Assembly: GCA_963747865.1 (NCBI GenBank)
Contig: CAVVHK010000109.1
Span: 1-64,000, forward strand
Source of the DNA: an uncultured delta proteobacterium
Lineage (GTDB): Bacteria > Desulfobacterota > Desulfomonilia > Desulfomonilales > Desulfomonilaceae
Direction of reading: 5' to 3'
DNA: 64,000 nt
Shown: in pieces, positions 10,983 through 21,210 of the stretch
Layout: each line of letters starts with the position of its first letter
Position numbering within the stretch: position 1 is the first letter of the stretch
Program-made: the position numbers and the translations under genes
The notes under the pieces: model-generated
Told to the model about the DNA's origin: nothing
What the model saw: the letters and a program-made list of their open reading frames with translations, nothing else
Databases searched by the model: none

Positions 10983-11288
10983 TCAGTGACATCCGCAACT
11001 ATGGCCGGTTTCTTCGGCCTGAATCGGATGCAGTATCGTGATGCCGTCCTCCGTCCACTGGATTATTCCCGCTTTTTCAATTTCCGTCAAGATTTGCGCG
11101 CACTTGTTCCAATCCATTCCCAGGTAGATAGGCAACATCTTCTTATATTCATGAAGCGTTTTGCCGGCATCCATGGAATAGAGCGTCATGACGACCTGTT
11201 TGTGCACAAGGTCTAGCGCAGGGTTTGACAACAGCTGCTGAATTGTCTCATCGGATATTACCAAGTGGCCTATTCCGTCAGTACACAT
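10983..11288 (-). CDS. Hypothetical protein
   Basis: ATG 'MCTDGIGHLVISDE' with an upstream 'tggagaa' RBS-like sequence. No family recognised. It lies inside the cassette flanked by the family C inverted repeats. Confidence 0.3.
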   Translation of the reverse strand: MCTDGIGHLVISDETIQQLLSNPALDLVHKQVVMTLYSMDAGKTLHEYKKMLPIYLGMDWNKCAQILTEIEKAGIIQWTEDGITILHPIQAEETGHSCGCH

Positions 11289-11529
11289 TGAATTCTCCAA
11301 TTTTCCGGGAAGATACGTCTGGATGGAAACTTCTAGGAAGAGGTTTCCATCCGGGGCGGCTTTCAATACTTTTAATATTATGACCCGACAGGCTGTTACT
11401 ACCAAACATGAGAGCACCGGCGCCGTGACCCGAAGCACGGCGGTTTTTTTCCGATCCCCATCCTTGTGGGGCAATACCGCTGACTTAAGGATCGAAAGCA
11501 GCCTTATGGGCCACGAATAGGTCGTCAGA

Positions 11530-11600
11530 CGTCATTCCCGCGGAAGCGGGAATCCAGTTCTTTTCGGAGTTTTCTGGACCCCCGCTTTCGCGGGGGCGAC
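11530..11600. repeat. Double-hairpin repeat family C, right copy (inverted relative to 10228..10299)
   Basis: cgtcattcccgcggaagcgggaatccag...ctggacccccgctttcgcgggggcgac is the reverse complement of the left copy. Confidence 0.75.
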
Positions 11601-11775
11601 GGCGCTACGTGAAGTCGTTAGCGAGATATTCCTTAAGTCACAAGCATTGATCCTTGGGGATGGGGGATCTAAACCGCCTCTCCAAACTTGGTGAGGCTCC
11701 GGTGCTGTGAACGGTTACGCGTATGCGTGTCACGAACAAATAGAGGCATTTTCATCATTGGCGCTGACCGCCTCA

Positions 11776-12369
11776 TTACGGCTCTATCTTTGTCCCGAGA
11801 ACCTTCAAGAATTCCGCCAGCCATGCCGGATGAGCCGGCCAGGCAGGCGCTGTGACAAGTTTGCCGTGCACGTGGGCTTTATCCATGTCCACCTCCACCC
11901 AGGTTCCCCCCGCCGCCGCAACCTCCGGGCTCACCGCCGGGTACGCCGAACAAAATTTGTCTTTGATCACGTCGGCTGCCGCCAACACCTGGGCGCCATG
12001 GCAGATGGCGGCTATGGGTTTATCGGCGTCCGCAAAATGGCGCACTATTTTGAGCACATCCGGATTGAGACGGATGTATTCGGGGGCGCGTCCTCCGGGG
12101 ATGACCAAGGCGTCATAATCTTCGGGTCTCACACTATCAAAGGACGCATTCAGGGTAAAATTGTGTCCGCGTTTCTCGCTGTAGGTTTGATCCCCTTCAA
12201 AATCATGGATCGCCGTGCGCACAAAGTCTCCCGCTTTCTTTCCGGGGCAAACCGCATGCACGGTATGTCCGACCATGAGCAGAGCCTGAAACGGAACCAT
12301 CACTTCATAATCCTCGACATAATCCCCAACCAGCATCAAAAGTTTTTTCGCAGCCATCTTTTCCTCCAT
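11776..12369 (-). CDS. DJ-1/PfpI family intracellular protease / class I glutamine amidotransferase-like
   Basis: '[23 protein letters not shown]...[11 protein letters not shown]...[10 protein letters not shown]' contains the catalytic Cys-His nucleophile-elbow motif of PfpI. Confidence 0.85.
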   Translation of the reverse strand: MEEKMAAKKLLMLVGDYVEDYEVMVPFQALLMVGHTVHAVCPGKKAGDFVRTAIHDFEGDQTYSEKRGHNFTLNASFDSVRPEDYDALVIPGGRAPEYIRLNPDVLKIVRHFADADKPIAAICHGAQVLAAADVIKDKFCSAYPAVSPEVAAAGGTWVEVDMDKAHVHGKLVTAPAWPAHPAWLAEFLKVLGTKIEP

Positions 12370-12409
12370 CCGCTTCTAAAGAGTATTTTGAACAAATCCA
12401 GGGAGTGAA

Positions 12410-13129
12410 TCAATTACAGGCCTCGTCAAAATTAGTTCGCACAAACTCCACAAATGCGGAATAACTCTCAGGGGTTCCGATGTCAAAGAAAGGCCGGTCC
12501 TGAGGCAAACCCAACATTCGGCCCGATCCGGCAAGTCTGGGAAAGATCTCCTGTTCCATGGAGAACGGGCCGTCGGGCAGGCGCTCGATAAATTCAAGTG
12601 AAAGCACCGAGAACCCTGCGTTTATTAATCCAGGGCCGACGTTTTCCCGTTTTTCGCTGAAGCCCAATACAGTTCCGCAGGCGTCTACGGTGACGGATCC
12701 GTACCGTCCTACATCGGGAACCGGGTATAGAGAAAGGGTCACTTCCGCGCCGCTGGTTGAATGCAACAGCAAAAGTTCGTCCAGATTCACGTCAAAGAAG
12801 GTATCCCCGTTTACCAGCAGAGTGGGGTCGGTAATCAGACTTAAAGCGTGCTTGACCGCTCCTCCTGTTCCAAGCGGTTCCTCTTCTCTTGAAAAGACTA
12901 TTTTCAAATCAAGATCATTTCTTCTGAAGTGATCCTCTATAAAATCCGACATGTATCCCGTCGAGATGACAAAATTCCTTACGCCCTTTCCGGCAATGGA
13001 CCGGATCAATAGTTCCAGAAAAGGCACGCCGCGAACCAAGGCCATGGGCTTAGGACGATCCGCGACAACCGCCCGCAAGCGTTTGCCGAGACCACCAGCC
13101 AAAATCAAAGCCACCAAAGAAGAGTTCAT
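12410..13129 (-). CDS. Sugar-phosphate nucleotidyltransferase (mannose-1-P / heptose-1-P guanylyltransferase-like)
   Basis: 'ALILAGGLGKRLRAVVADRPKPMALVRGVPFLE' matches the G-x-G-x-R-L NTP-transferase signature. The internal Met start is at 13129. Confidence 0.8.
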   Translation of the reverse strand: MNSSLVALILAGGLGKRLRAVVADRPKPMALVRGVPFLELLIRSIAGKGVRNFVISTGYMSDFIEDHFRRNDLDLKIVFSREEEPLGTGGAVKHALSLITDPTLLVNGDTFFDVNLDELLLLHSTSGAEVTLSLYPVPDVGRYGSVTVDACGTVLGFSEKRENVGPGLINAGFSVLSLEFIERLPDGPFSMEQEIFPRLAGSGRMLGLPQDRPFFDIGTPESYSAFVEFVRTNFDEACN

Positions 13130-13256
13130 ATCAAAGCGTCTCCGCCGGGAAACTTCCTGCAATCCCGCGTTTGGCGCGGTTCCGGTCCTTCCTCGTATAT
13201 TGCTTCTACGGACTCTCCCTGACAGTATAATCCATGATTCGGTTGAGTGACAACGG

Positions 13257-14018
13257 TCACTCAATATGAGGCCTATTTCCTCGGCACACGCAATTTGGGT
13301 CCGCTTTCACAGGGGCGACGTGAAAGGCTGCTCTCCAGAAATCCATAACCAGCAAGCCCTGAATCAGGTCTTCCTCTCTGCCCGCCAATATTTTAAAGGC
13401 TTCGGTGACCTGCAAGGAGGCCACGGCGGCTGCTGCGGACGAAAGCACTCCGGCGGTAGAGGCTCGGGCATGGCCCGCAACCTTCAAAGGATCAGGCCAC
13501 AAGCATCTCAAACAAGGAGTTTTCCCGGGGATAATAGTCATGATATTACCCACGGCTTGAACCGCTCCACCGAAGATATAAGGTATGCCGTGGGCAAAGG
13601 CCGCATCATTAACCAGATATCGCGTCTCGGTATTGTCCAGTGCGTCCATGACCAGATGGACATCCATCACAAGCTTTTCCACATTGCGCTCGGTTATGGA
13701 TGCGTCCACAGCTTCAAATTCGACTTCGGAATTTGCTTCCTTTAGATGTTCCAGAGCAGCCTGGGACTTGGATACTCCGCGGGCCACATCGTTTTCGGTA
13801 TACAGAAGCTGCCGATGAAGATTGTGAATCTCAGGGCTGTCGTGATCCACAAGACGCAGGAATCCGACGCCGGCTCTTGCAAGCAATATGGCTATTGTGG
13901 ATCCCAAAGCCCCCAGCCCTGCCACAAGCACTCGAGCTCGGGAGATTTTCTCCTGCCCTGTCCGGCCAATGACACTCAGGAGAGTATGGCGGCTGTATCG
14001 AGGTATTTCCGGATCCAT
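13257..14018 (-). CDS. ThiF/MoeB/HesA-family E1-like adenylyltransferase
   Basis: 'YSRHTLLSVIGRTGQEKISRARVLVAGLGALGSTIAILLARAGVG' Rossmann motif. A 'CLRC' zinc motif is present. Its end overlaps the downstream gene by 8 nt. Confidence 0.85.
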   Translation of the reverse strand: MDPEIPRYSRHTLLSVIGRTGQEKISRARVLVAGLGALGSTIAILLARAGVGFLRLVDHDSPEIHNLHRQLLYTENDVARGVSKSQAALEHLKEANSEVEFEAVDASITERNVEKLVMDVHLVMDALDNTETRYLVNDAAFAHGIPYIFGGAVQAVGNIMTIIPGKTPCLRCLWPDPLKVAGHARASTAGVLSSAAAAVASLQVTEAFKILAGREEDLIQGLLVMDFWRAAFHVAPVKADPNCVCRGNRPHIE

Positions 14019-14020
14019 GC

Positions 14021-14239
14021 TTAATTGACACCCGCCAGGAAAGTTTGATGGTCAGACATCCTCTTAATGATGTCCAATTTCGCCACAGTTTGATATTCTG
14101 AAATAGCATATTTTCTCGCAATCTTGTATAGAATAAGTCCTAATAGCCCTGTATGCCCGAAGTAGGAAACCTCGGACGGAGGGGGTAGTTCCTTGATATC
14201 CTTGACATCCAGGTCCACAAGCCCAGCTTGAGGCTCCAA
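14021..14239 (-). CDS. Small hypothetical protein immediately upstream of the ThiF-like gene
   Basis: 72-aa ORF whose stop abuts the ThiF start. It is not a GG-terminated ThiS/MoaD. Confidence 0.25.
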   Translation of the reverse strand: MEPQAGLVDLDVKDIKELPPPSEVSYFGHTGLLGLILYKIARKYAISEYQTVAKLDIIKRMSDHQTFLAGVN

Positions 14240-14301
14240 GATGGGCGCCTGTGGTCAAGTTCGAAGAATGGGGCTAAGCGGCAAGTCTGGGAGATTATGA
14301 C

Positions 14302-16089
14302 TTGATCGACAGCATTAGTATTGGCCGGTTGCTTTTGGAGACGGGCAGAATCACCAAAGAGGATTACGCTGAAGCCTTGCGCACCTCTAAGGAGAGCGGA
14401 AAGTCGCTCCCTGAAATCTTTTTGAATTGTGGTAAGGTCTCGGTAGATGAACTGGTGCAGGCCTTAACCATCCATATGGACATCACACTCTTGAAGGAGG
14501 CTCTCGGTATGGAGTACGCCTCCAAGTCCACCAACAAGCACCTGTGGCCCCTGGGTTCATACTTGGAGAGGATATCAATGCTCTTCAAGATGGGAATCCT
14601 AATAAGCAGCCAAACCAATATGGGCTCGCTGATCGAAATGCTTATCAGAGAAGCTCCCACGGTAATGAACGCGGAACGAGCGACTATTTTCATTGCGGAT
14701 CACGAAAACCAAGAACTCTATTCCCATGTCGGGGTTGGCCTGACGCACGATCAAATAAGGATTCCGTGGGAATCGGGAATAGCCGGCTGGGTGTTCACTC
14801 ACGCCAAATCTCTCAATATCGTTGATCCATACAGCGATCCCAGATTCAACAAAGGGGTGGACCCCAGAACGGGATTTGTCACGAAGAATCTTCTGTGCGT
14901 GCCGCTGCGGACTCCCGGCGGCCCGGTTCTCGGTGTATTTCAGGTGCTCAATAAAAGAGCAGGGGTGTTTACCGCTACCGATCAGGAAATACTGGAAATA
15001 CTCGCCTCTCAGGCGGCGCGAGCCATGGAACACGCCCTGGAGTGGGACAATCTCACTCAAAAAGCCTTCAATCTTTCAAAAGAGAATGTGGGTCTCAAGG
15101 AGGCCCTGCATCAAAGGGACCCTCTCGATGAAATCGTGGGCAACACCAAGCCTATTCAGGATGTCCGGTCATTGATCAGGAAAGTCGCGCCCACGGAAAC
15201 TTCGGTTTTGATTCAGGGCGAATCCGGCACAGGCAAGGAATTGGTGGCTAGAGCGATTCACGCCCTGAGCGGCCGTGGCGAACAGACTATGATTTCTCTG
15301 AACTGCGCGGCTGTTCCAGCGGATCTTATCGAGAGCGAATTGTTCGGCCACAGGAAGGGCGCTTTTACCGGCGCCGTTAACGACAACCGGGGAGTTTTTA
15401 GGGCCGCGCACAACGGAACGTTGTTCCTCGACGAAATTGAGGCCACATCTCCCGCCATGCAGGTTAAACTGCTCCGCGCTCTGCAAGTGGGTGAAATAAA
15501 GCCCGTCGGAGATAATACTATCCAGATTGTGAATGTCCGCCTGATCGCCGCCACCAACAGAGATTTGGCTGGTCTGGTTAATCAGAGCGTATTTCGAGAG
15601 GATTTGTATTACAGAATAAACGTATTTCCCATAACCATCCCGCCGCTGAGGGAAAGAATGGAAGACATTCCAGTTCTGGTGAGATTTTTTCTGGACCGTT
15701 TAAATGCCCAAACGGGCAAATCGGTCCGGGGTGTGGATCCTGCGGCCATGGATTTGCTCGTAAGGCACAAGTGGCCGGGTAACGTCAGAGAGCTGGAAAA
15801 CGAGGTCGAGCGCGCTCATATTATCACCGGGGATGGATCAAATGTTTCGGTAAGGTGTCTTTCTCCCCGCATGATCCAGTCTTTGGACCACTTCGAGGCC
15901 GAGGGCAAGTCCAAGAACCCCTTGAAGCTTAAGGACGCCATCGATAAACTTGAAAAGGACATGATTTTAGGAGCTCTTGAGGCTTGCGAAGGCAATAAAA
16001 CTTGGGCCGCCAAAAGATTGGGACTTTCTCGACAAGGATTGATTAACAAGATCGGCAAGTACGGTTTTAAGGAATACATGTGCAACTGA
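14302..16089 (+). CDS. Sigma-54-dependent transcriptional activator with an N-terminal MshEN/T2SSE_N-like domain and a GAF domain
   Basis: The N-terminus 'IGRLLLETGRITKEDYAEALRTSKESGKSLPEIFLNCGKVSVDELVQAL' is like GspE-N/MshEN domains. AAA+ core: 'GESGTGKELVARAIH', 'ESELFGHRKGAFTGA' (GAFTGA), 'GTLFLDEI'. C-terminal Fis-type HTH 'KTWAAKRLGLSRQGL'. Confidence 0.9.
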   Translation: MIDSISIGRLLLETGRITKEDYAEALRTSKESGKSLPEIFLNCGKVSVDELVQALTIHMDITLLKEALGMEYASKSTNKHLWPLGSYLERISMLFKMGILISSQTNMGSLIEMLIREAPTVMNAERATIFIADHENQELYSHVGVGLTHDQIRIPWESGIAGWVFTHAKSLNIVDPYSDPRFNKGVDPRTGFVTKNLLCVPLRTPGGPVLGVFQVLNKRAGVFTATDQEILEILASQAARAMEHALEWDNLTQKAFNLSKENVGLKEALHQRDPLDEIVGNTKPIQDVRSLIRKVAPTETSVLIQGESGTGKELVARAIHALSGRGEQTMISLNCAAVPADLIESELFGHRKGAFTGAVNDNRGVFRAAHNGTLFLDEIEATSPAMQVKLLRALQVGEIKPVGDNTIQIVNVRLIAATNRDLAGLVNQSVFREDLYYRINVFPITIPPLRERMEDIPVLVRFFLDRLNAQTGKSVRGVDPAAMDLLVRHKWPGNVRELENEVERAHIITGDGSNVSVRCLSPRMIQSLDHFEAEGKSKNPLKLKDAIDKLEKDMILGALEACEGNKTWAAKRLGLSRQGLINKIGKYGFKEYMCN

Positions 16090-16314
16090 GAAGTGGGCCT
16101 GCCGCCCACGCTTGCGAAAAGACAACACTTCATTCATGTATGACGAGTTGCAGATTGCTCAGTCGTTTCACTCCTGCAAATGACGCGTGCGCTTGTCGTT
16201 GAGAGCGCAGCGAAGTAATCTCGCTTGCGCAACCGTGAGCTCACGAGAGAAGTCAAATCAAAGTCGCTTTTAGCCTGCAATTATGGTATGATTTGCATTG
16301 AAAGGTAGTTTTTC

Positions 16315-16863
16315 ATGATTAGGACGGGTATGGCTTATTTTTTGGTAGGATTAGTTGTGCTTTGGGCCGCCTCGCCCGCTCATACTCAGGTGTTTCCTTA
16401 CTCAGCTCCTCAAGCCCCCGAGTTTGATCAAAACGGGAATCCTACGCCTTCAGGGAGAGTGGAGAAGGCTCAGCCGGAGCCGGAACCTGCGCCTCAAGTC
16501 CAACCGAACGGGGGCGCCAAAGACCAAGTTGATTATCGCAGCGTTCGACCGTACGCTCCCCAGGAACCACCCGGACCAGGTTACAGCCCTCGTCGCTCCA
16601 AGAAAGCCTCCAATCAAGGTCAATACATGCCTCCAAATCGGGTGACGCCGAGTTCCGCGGCCCCTTCGCCTCAACCTCAGCCAGGTCCACGCCCCGACTG
16701 CTCACAATTCCCCATGCTCATTGCCAGATCCCAGTCCGAAGCCGAAATGCAGATTACCGCCAAGCGATATCTTGCCTGCTTACTGCAGAACGGGTGGCAG
16801 ATGGATCAGGCTAAGCAGCAGGTCATTGCCACCATCGAAAGCACGTACAGATTGCCGCAATAG
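16315..16863 (+). CDS. Secreted proline-rich hypothetical protein
   Basis: Signal peptide 'MAYFLVGLVVLWAASPAHTQ', followed by a low-complexity P/Q-rich region. Confidence 0.45.
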   Translation: MIRTGMAYFLVGLVVLWAASPAHTQVFPYSAPQAPEFDQNGNPTPSGRVEKAQPEPEPAPQVQPNGGAKDQVDYRSVRPYAPQEPPGPGYSPRRSKKASNQGQYMPPNRVTPSSAAPSPQPQPGPRPDCSQFPMLIARSQSEAEMQITAKRYLACLLQNGWQMDQAKQQVIATIESTYRLPQ

Positions 16864-16945
16864 CCGCAAAACGCGGATTAACCGGCGGCCGTCTTATATC
16901 GCAGACTGTAGGGATCCGGAAAGCCAATACTCCCGTGGAAACAAA

Positions 16946-18025
16946 TCATCTTGCGGAGTATTCCCTTATCAGATGAGCCACCTCGGCGTGTCCTCCGGCC
17001 AACGCCATTTTCAGAGCTGTTTTTCCATCATAAGCCTCAAAATTGGGGTTAGCTCCCTTCTTCAACAGCGATTTGACCATTTCAGTGTTTCCGTCGCCCG
17101 CCGCCTGCATTAGTGGAGTGCGATCAGAAGCGCTTTTAGCATTGGGATTTGCCCCGCTCTCCAAGAGGTAAGCGACAGCCTCATAATTTTTGCTTTCGAC
17201 CGCTTGCAGCAGAGCGGAACCCTGGGGGCTGTGCCTGTTCACATCGGCGCCGTGTTCAATGAGCAACCGAACCACCTCCGAATTGCCCCTGGAAGCAGCG
17301 TACATTAGCGGCGTGCGCCCGAGGGATGATGAATTCGCGTCAGCCCCATTGTCCAGCAACAGGCCGGCAATGCTTTCATTTCCGACCAACGCCGCCCAGA
17401 CCAGAGGGGCTCCCTTCTTGCCGGCCAGATTCACGTCCGCTCCGCGGTCAACCAATAGCTTGACCTCAGGCGTTGACGACCTGGCGGAGTAAAGGGCCAG
17501 GGGAGTCCATCCAAAGCGATCCACCGCGTTTATGTTTATTCCGTGCCGTATCAGAAATATCGAAGCATTGTCATAGCGGTTGCGGGAAGTGTAGAGTAGT
17601 AAGGGCCAACCTCCGGCGGCTGCGAAAAGCCAAAGGCAGACGGCGCCGAGGCCGAATGTGGCGACCAATATCATTGTCTTGGTTTTTGAGGCGGCCTTGC
17701 GCGTATCCGTCTGATGGGCGCAGGCTTGAATACTGTGGTAGCGGTAGATCAGGAGGGCCGCTGAAGGCGATAGGACAACAAGAACAAAAGATAATAGGCT
17801 CTTTATTCCCCACACTTCGCCGGCGTCTGTTGAGTGCCCCAAGGCCGCGGAAAGTAAAATGTAGAGACAAATTGGGATGTCCAGCAGAACCAGGCCGGCA
17901 AAGGCCACAAGCAGGCACTTGCGACCGAGCGGCTCTCCTCTGCGCGCATGCGCGACAGCCATAGAGCCGGCCCAAATCATGAGTCCGAAAGCCACCAACA
18001 AAATGGGCGAAAAGAACAGCAACAT
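16946..18025 (-). CDS. Membrane-anchored ankyrin-repeat protein
   Basis: About 4 N-terminal TM helices, then 6-7 ankyrin repeats ('GNTEMVKSLLKKGANPN...DGKTALKMALAGGHAEVAHLI'). Confidence 0.8.
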   Translation of the reverse strand: MLLFFSPILLVAFGLMIWAGSMAVAHARRGEPLGRKCLLVAFAGLVLLDIPICLYILLSAALGHSTDAGEVWGIKSLLSFVLVVLSPSAALLIYRYHSIQACAHQTDTRKAASKTKTMILVATFGLGAVCLWLFAAAGGWPLLLYTSRNRYDNASIFLIRHGININAVDRFGWTPLALYSARSSTPEVKLLVDRGADVNLAGKKGAPLVWAALVGNESIAGLLLDNGADANSSSLGRTPLMYAASRGNSEVVRLLIEHGADVNRHSPQGSALLQAVESKNYEAVAYLLESGANPNAKSASDRTPLMQAAGDGNTEMVKSLLKKGANPNFEAYDGKTALKMALAGGHAEVAHLIREYSAR

Positions 18026-18130
18026 ACCCGTTGCCTTTGTTTTCCGCGAACACTGGAAAGGAATTCAGTCTATTGCGTATTAACTGCTAAAACGGTAGCC
18101 GAGATATGAATTCCGTAAATTCGCTGATCT

Positions 18131-18595
18131 TCATCCCCGTTCAACAGGGAATTTGTTCACTGCGGAAATCTCCGAGGTGACCTTGGCATACAGCTTGGCG
18201 GCTTCGGCCTTGCCGTGAGTTTCGTAGGAAAGGTCCTGAATCCAAGGAGTCAAATTGTTGAGCTTTTCTTCAAGATCCACGATTCTTCTGCTCATGTAAA
18301 TATCAGCGATATATCTGTCCCTGTCTCTGGCCAGCTCATGGATTTTGTCCAACACGAAATGCATATTTTCTTTGGTCCTGGACAAAACCTCATTCTTTTC
18401 TTTGAGGCGTTCCAAACAGTCACGATCTTCGGTTTCCGATCTTCGGCTTATATTTTCAAGCCGGAAGATCTCGAGGATCGCGTAGGCCGCTACTTCCTCG
18501 CAGCCGCAATAAACCCTATAAGCCTCCTGGATTGCCTCATTGAAGCTGGATCTGATCAGGGCCGCTTCTTCCAATTTGGGATCATCTTTTGCCAT
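18131..18595 (-). CDS. Hypothetical cytoplasmic protein
   Basis: 154-aa ORF. No family recognised. Confidence 0.35.
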   Translation of the reverse strand: MAKDDPKLEEAALIRSSFNEAIQEAYRVYCGCEEVAAYAILEIFRLENISRRSETEDRDCLERLKEKNEVLSRTKENMHFVLDKIHELARDRDRYIADIYMSRRIVDLEEKLNNLTPWIQDLSYETHGKAEAAKLYAKVTSEISAVNKFPVERG

Positions 18596-18808
18596 GTTCG
18601 GAAACCTGACGCAAAGGGAAGTAATTAATAACGTGGACTACCGGGTCCATTTGGCGAGCACGGTATCACATTTAGAATCACAGCCGATTAAATGGCCGGT
18701 CGCCCCAACAAAAATGCGCTTCCAACGGCGACGGAGCTGATGAATTCCAGAGCGAATTTATGAATGGGCCTGCTAAACGCTCTGTTCATAAATTCAGCTT
18801 GGAGTAGC

Positions 18809-19081
18809 CTATTCTTTCCTTCCAAGAAGCGCCGTTATCCTATTGGTTATTCCGGCTTCTCCAAAGGCTTCCTCCATGTGCTTTCTAAGCATTTTGTCAT
18901 CGTCATAAAGCTTCTTCAAGCCGAAATACTTGACTGCGTCACTGAATCCTTCTTCGTAAGCGGTTTCTCTCAACTGATTCCGGCTCCTATTAGGACCTAT
19001 GAACCTCCTGTAAAGCAGAAAGGCCACAACTACAATTCCGACTGCGGAAATAAAGTCAAAAAGTAGAATAAGTTCGCCCAT
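18809..19081 (-). CDS. Small single-TM membrane protein downstream of the SPFH gene
   Basis: 'LILLFDFISAVGIVVVAFLLY' TM helix. Same strand as the SPFH gene, about 200 bp away. Confidence 0.4.
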   Translation of the reverse strand: MGELILLFDFISAVGIVVVAFLLYRRFIGPNRSRNQLRETAYEEGFSDAVKYFGLKKLYDDDKMLRKHMEEAFGEAGITNRITALLGRKE

Positions 19082-19285
19082 ATTTGGCCTCGTGGAAGGA
19101 ATGACGTTGTCCGGGATTGACCCAAGCGTTCAATCATATGGCGATTCTACCAGAATACGAAAATCTTCGTAACCGTACAACGGTCTTCTGACGGCCTCAT
19201 CCTCTGTCTCCTTGCCCAAGCGGTGGGCGGCGAGCTGCAGGCCGATTCAGATAGTTCGCGTGCAACGATCAGGACATGCGACGAT

Positions 19286-20635
19286 TTACTTCCCCCATTG
19301 TTTGGCAGGTTCCGGAGCTTGCGGCAAAGCGCCGTCAAGCGCGAGATTCACGCCGAGAGATTTCAGAATCAGCAAGTCCACAAGTCCCTTCTGGGCGGCC
19401 AAGCCACCGGCGGACTCCGATCCACCTTTGGCCTCTTCTACTCCGGAAATCAGAGGTACACGTTTCTTTGCGTACACGTCCGCCCAAAACTTGTGGATAT
19501 CCACCGCCGCTTGGATCTTAAGCGCCTCGTAATTGTCGGCCTCTCTCTTCAAGCGTTTGGCCTGGGCTTCTCCTTCGGCCTCGAGAATGGCGGCGGCTTT
19601 TTTCTGGTCGGCCGCCTGAGCTTGGAGTTTGGCGACGGCCAGTTCCTGCTGACCTCTAAGTTCCGCGACTTCCTTATCCTTCTGAGCTTTAACCACTTCC
19701 TGAGCCTTTACGGTTTCCTGCTCGTATTTGGCCTTCGCAACCTTAGCCTTACCTTCGGCCTCAGCCGTGATTTTATCCTGTTCAGCCTTCTGAGCGTTTG
19801 CTATGGCGGTCTGAATATCCATGTAAGCTTGTTGTTGTTTCTCTATCTGGGCCCTGACCTTGTCGCTGTAGTGCCAGGCGCGAATTTCCAGGTTGTCCAC
19901 AACTATTCCAAGGGGCTTGAAAGGGTTGCTGTCGCGAAGCGGCTTGCCATCAGGGGCTCTTTTGATCACCTTGACCAAACGCGTGATCTTTTTTCCTGTG
20001 ACCGGATCTTCGACATCTCTTTCGACTTCGTCATAGGCAAAGAGTCCGTTGGACAACTGATCCGCCGTGTAGAAAATGAAGTCCGTGCGCTTATCGCTGT
20101 AAGATTCGCGCGCGCTCATCTGGTTGGCCGTCAGGATCAAGGCTTTACGCAACTGAGGTTGGATCAACTTGTACATCAGCTCTTCCCAGCTTCTATAACC
20201 GTGCTCAACGGTTAAGGCCACAGCTTCCTTCTCTGTTTTGGGAAGAGTCACGCGGCACGTTCCTGAAATGTTACACTCCGATCCTTCGTTGAATTGCACT
20301 ATAATGCTGTGGTCTTCTCTCGTATCGAACCTGCTGTCTTGCCCTCTTGTGAAGTAGAAGGTCTCCGCCTTTGGCCAAGGTTGAATTGAACCCAACTTTA
20401 TCCACCATCCGGGCGTCATCTTTGCCGTCACCTGTCCGGTAATCCAGGACTGCTTCACCTCATACGTACCCTTCTCAACGTTTGAAACCAGCTGTGATCC
20501 GAGCAATAGGACAAAGATCAAGACCGCTCCCACCGCAACAATCAGTCCGATCTTTGCCGCTGAGAGCGGAATCCGATTCGTCCGCCCTGGGTTTTCATCA
20601 CTTCCAAATAGAGACATTTTCGCATCCCCCGACAT
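19286..20635 (-). CDS. SPFH/band-7 (flotillin/YqiK-like) membrane protein
   Basis: N-terminal TM 'IGLIVAVGAVLIFVLLL', then an SPFH domain and a long Ala/Lys/Glu-rich coiled coil ('AEAEGKAKVAKAKYEQETVKAQE...'). Confidence 0.8.
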   Translation of the reverse strand: MSGDAKMSLFGSDENPGRTNRIPLSAAKIGLIVAVGAVLIFVLLLGSQLVSNVEKGTYEVKQSWITGQVTAKMTPGWWIKLGSIQPWPKAETFYFTRGQDSRFDTREDHSIIVQFNEGSECNISGTCRVTLPKTEKEAVALTVEHGYRSWEELMYKLIQPQLRKALILTANQMSARESYSDKRTDFIFYTADQLSNGLFAYDEVERDVEDPVTGKKITRLVKVIKRAPDGKPLRDSNPFKPLGIVVDNLEIRAWHYSDKVRAQIEKQQQAYMDIQTAIANAQKAEQDKITAEAEGKAKVAKAKYEQETVKAQEVVKAQKDKEVAELRGQQELAVAKLQAQAADQKKAAAILEAEGEAQAKRLKREADNYEALKIQAAVDIHKFWADVYAKKRVPLISGVEEAKGGSESAGGLAAQKGLVDLLILKSLGVNLALDGALPQAPEPAKQWGK

Positions 20636-21210
20636 TTCGAGTTTCAGACGACCAACGCCTGATCCCTCTTGTTTGATTGCATTGATTAGCGTCTGCTCGT
20701 GAGATATCCCAAAGAGGAATGCCGGCCCTTCTCCAGCACGATTCCACATAAAGCATAACATTTACAGAGGCCGGGCAAAAGAATATTTCCCTGCGAGTCG
20801 TAAGCTTCCAGTTCCAACGTTGGAAACTAAAGAGTATTGAGGATTCAAGCGCGTGCCAAGGCTGAGAGCCTATTCGCTGAACGGGCTCAAGAAATCTTCA
20901 GCATCGAGGAATGGGTCGCTTGTAAGAATTCTTTCCATTGGTTGATCAAAAGATTCAAACTATTTTAGAAGTATCTTGACTCAGCGAGTTACAAATGGTA
21001 CGGAAAGGCCCGGCCTCAACCTCGGGGGAGGGAGGGGCCTTACCGGTAAACCGGGGGCGAGGCGCTAGTCCTCACCACCGGTTTCTTTTAAAAGGTCCCG
21101 ATATTATTACAGTAATCTCCTCTGATTAGACCCACCGAAGTTGAATGCGCACACACCCCGAAATTAGGGGCTTGACACCGAAAAGGAATAATGAGAAAAA
21201 GAAACTTGAT

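Noticed and set aside
16240-16314. Possible sigma-54 promoter (tGGtatgatttGCa) upstream of the proline-rich secreted protein gene
   Set aside because: The GG-to-GC spacing is 8 nt rather than the 10 nt of the -24/-12 consensus.
19223-20215. 330-aa plus-strand ORF overlapping the SPFH gene
   Set aside because: Antisense to a well-supported SPFH/band-7 coding sequence. The translation is low complexity with no motifs.
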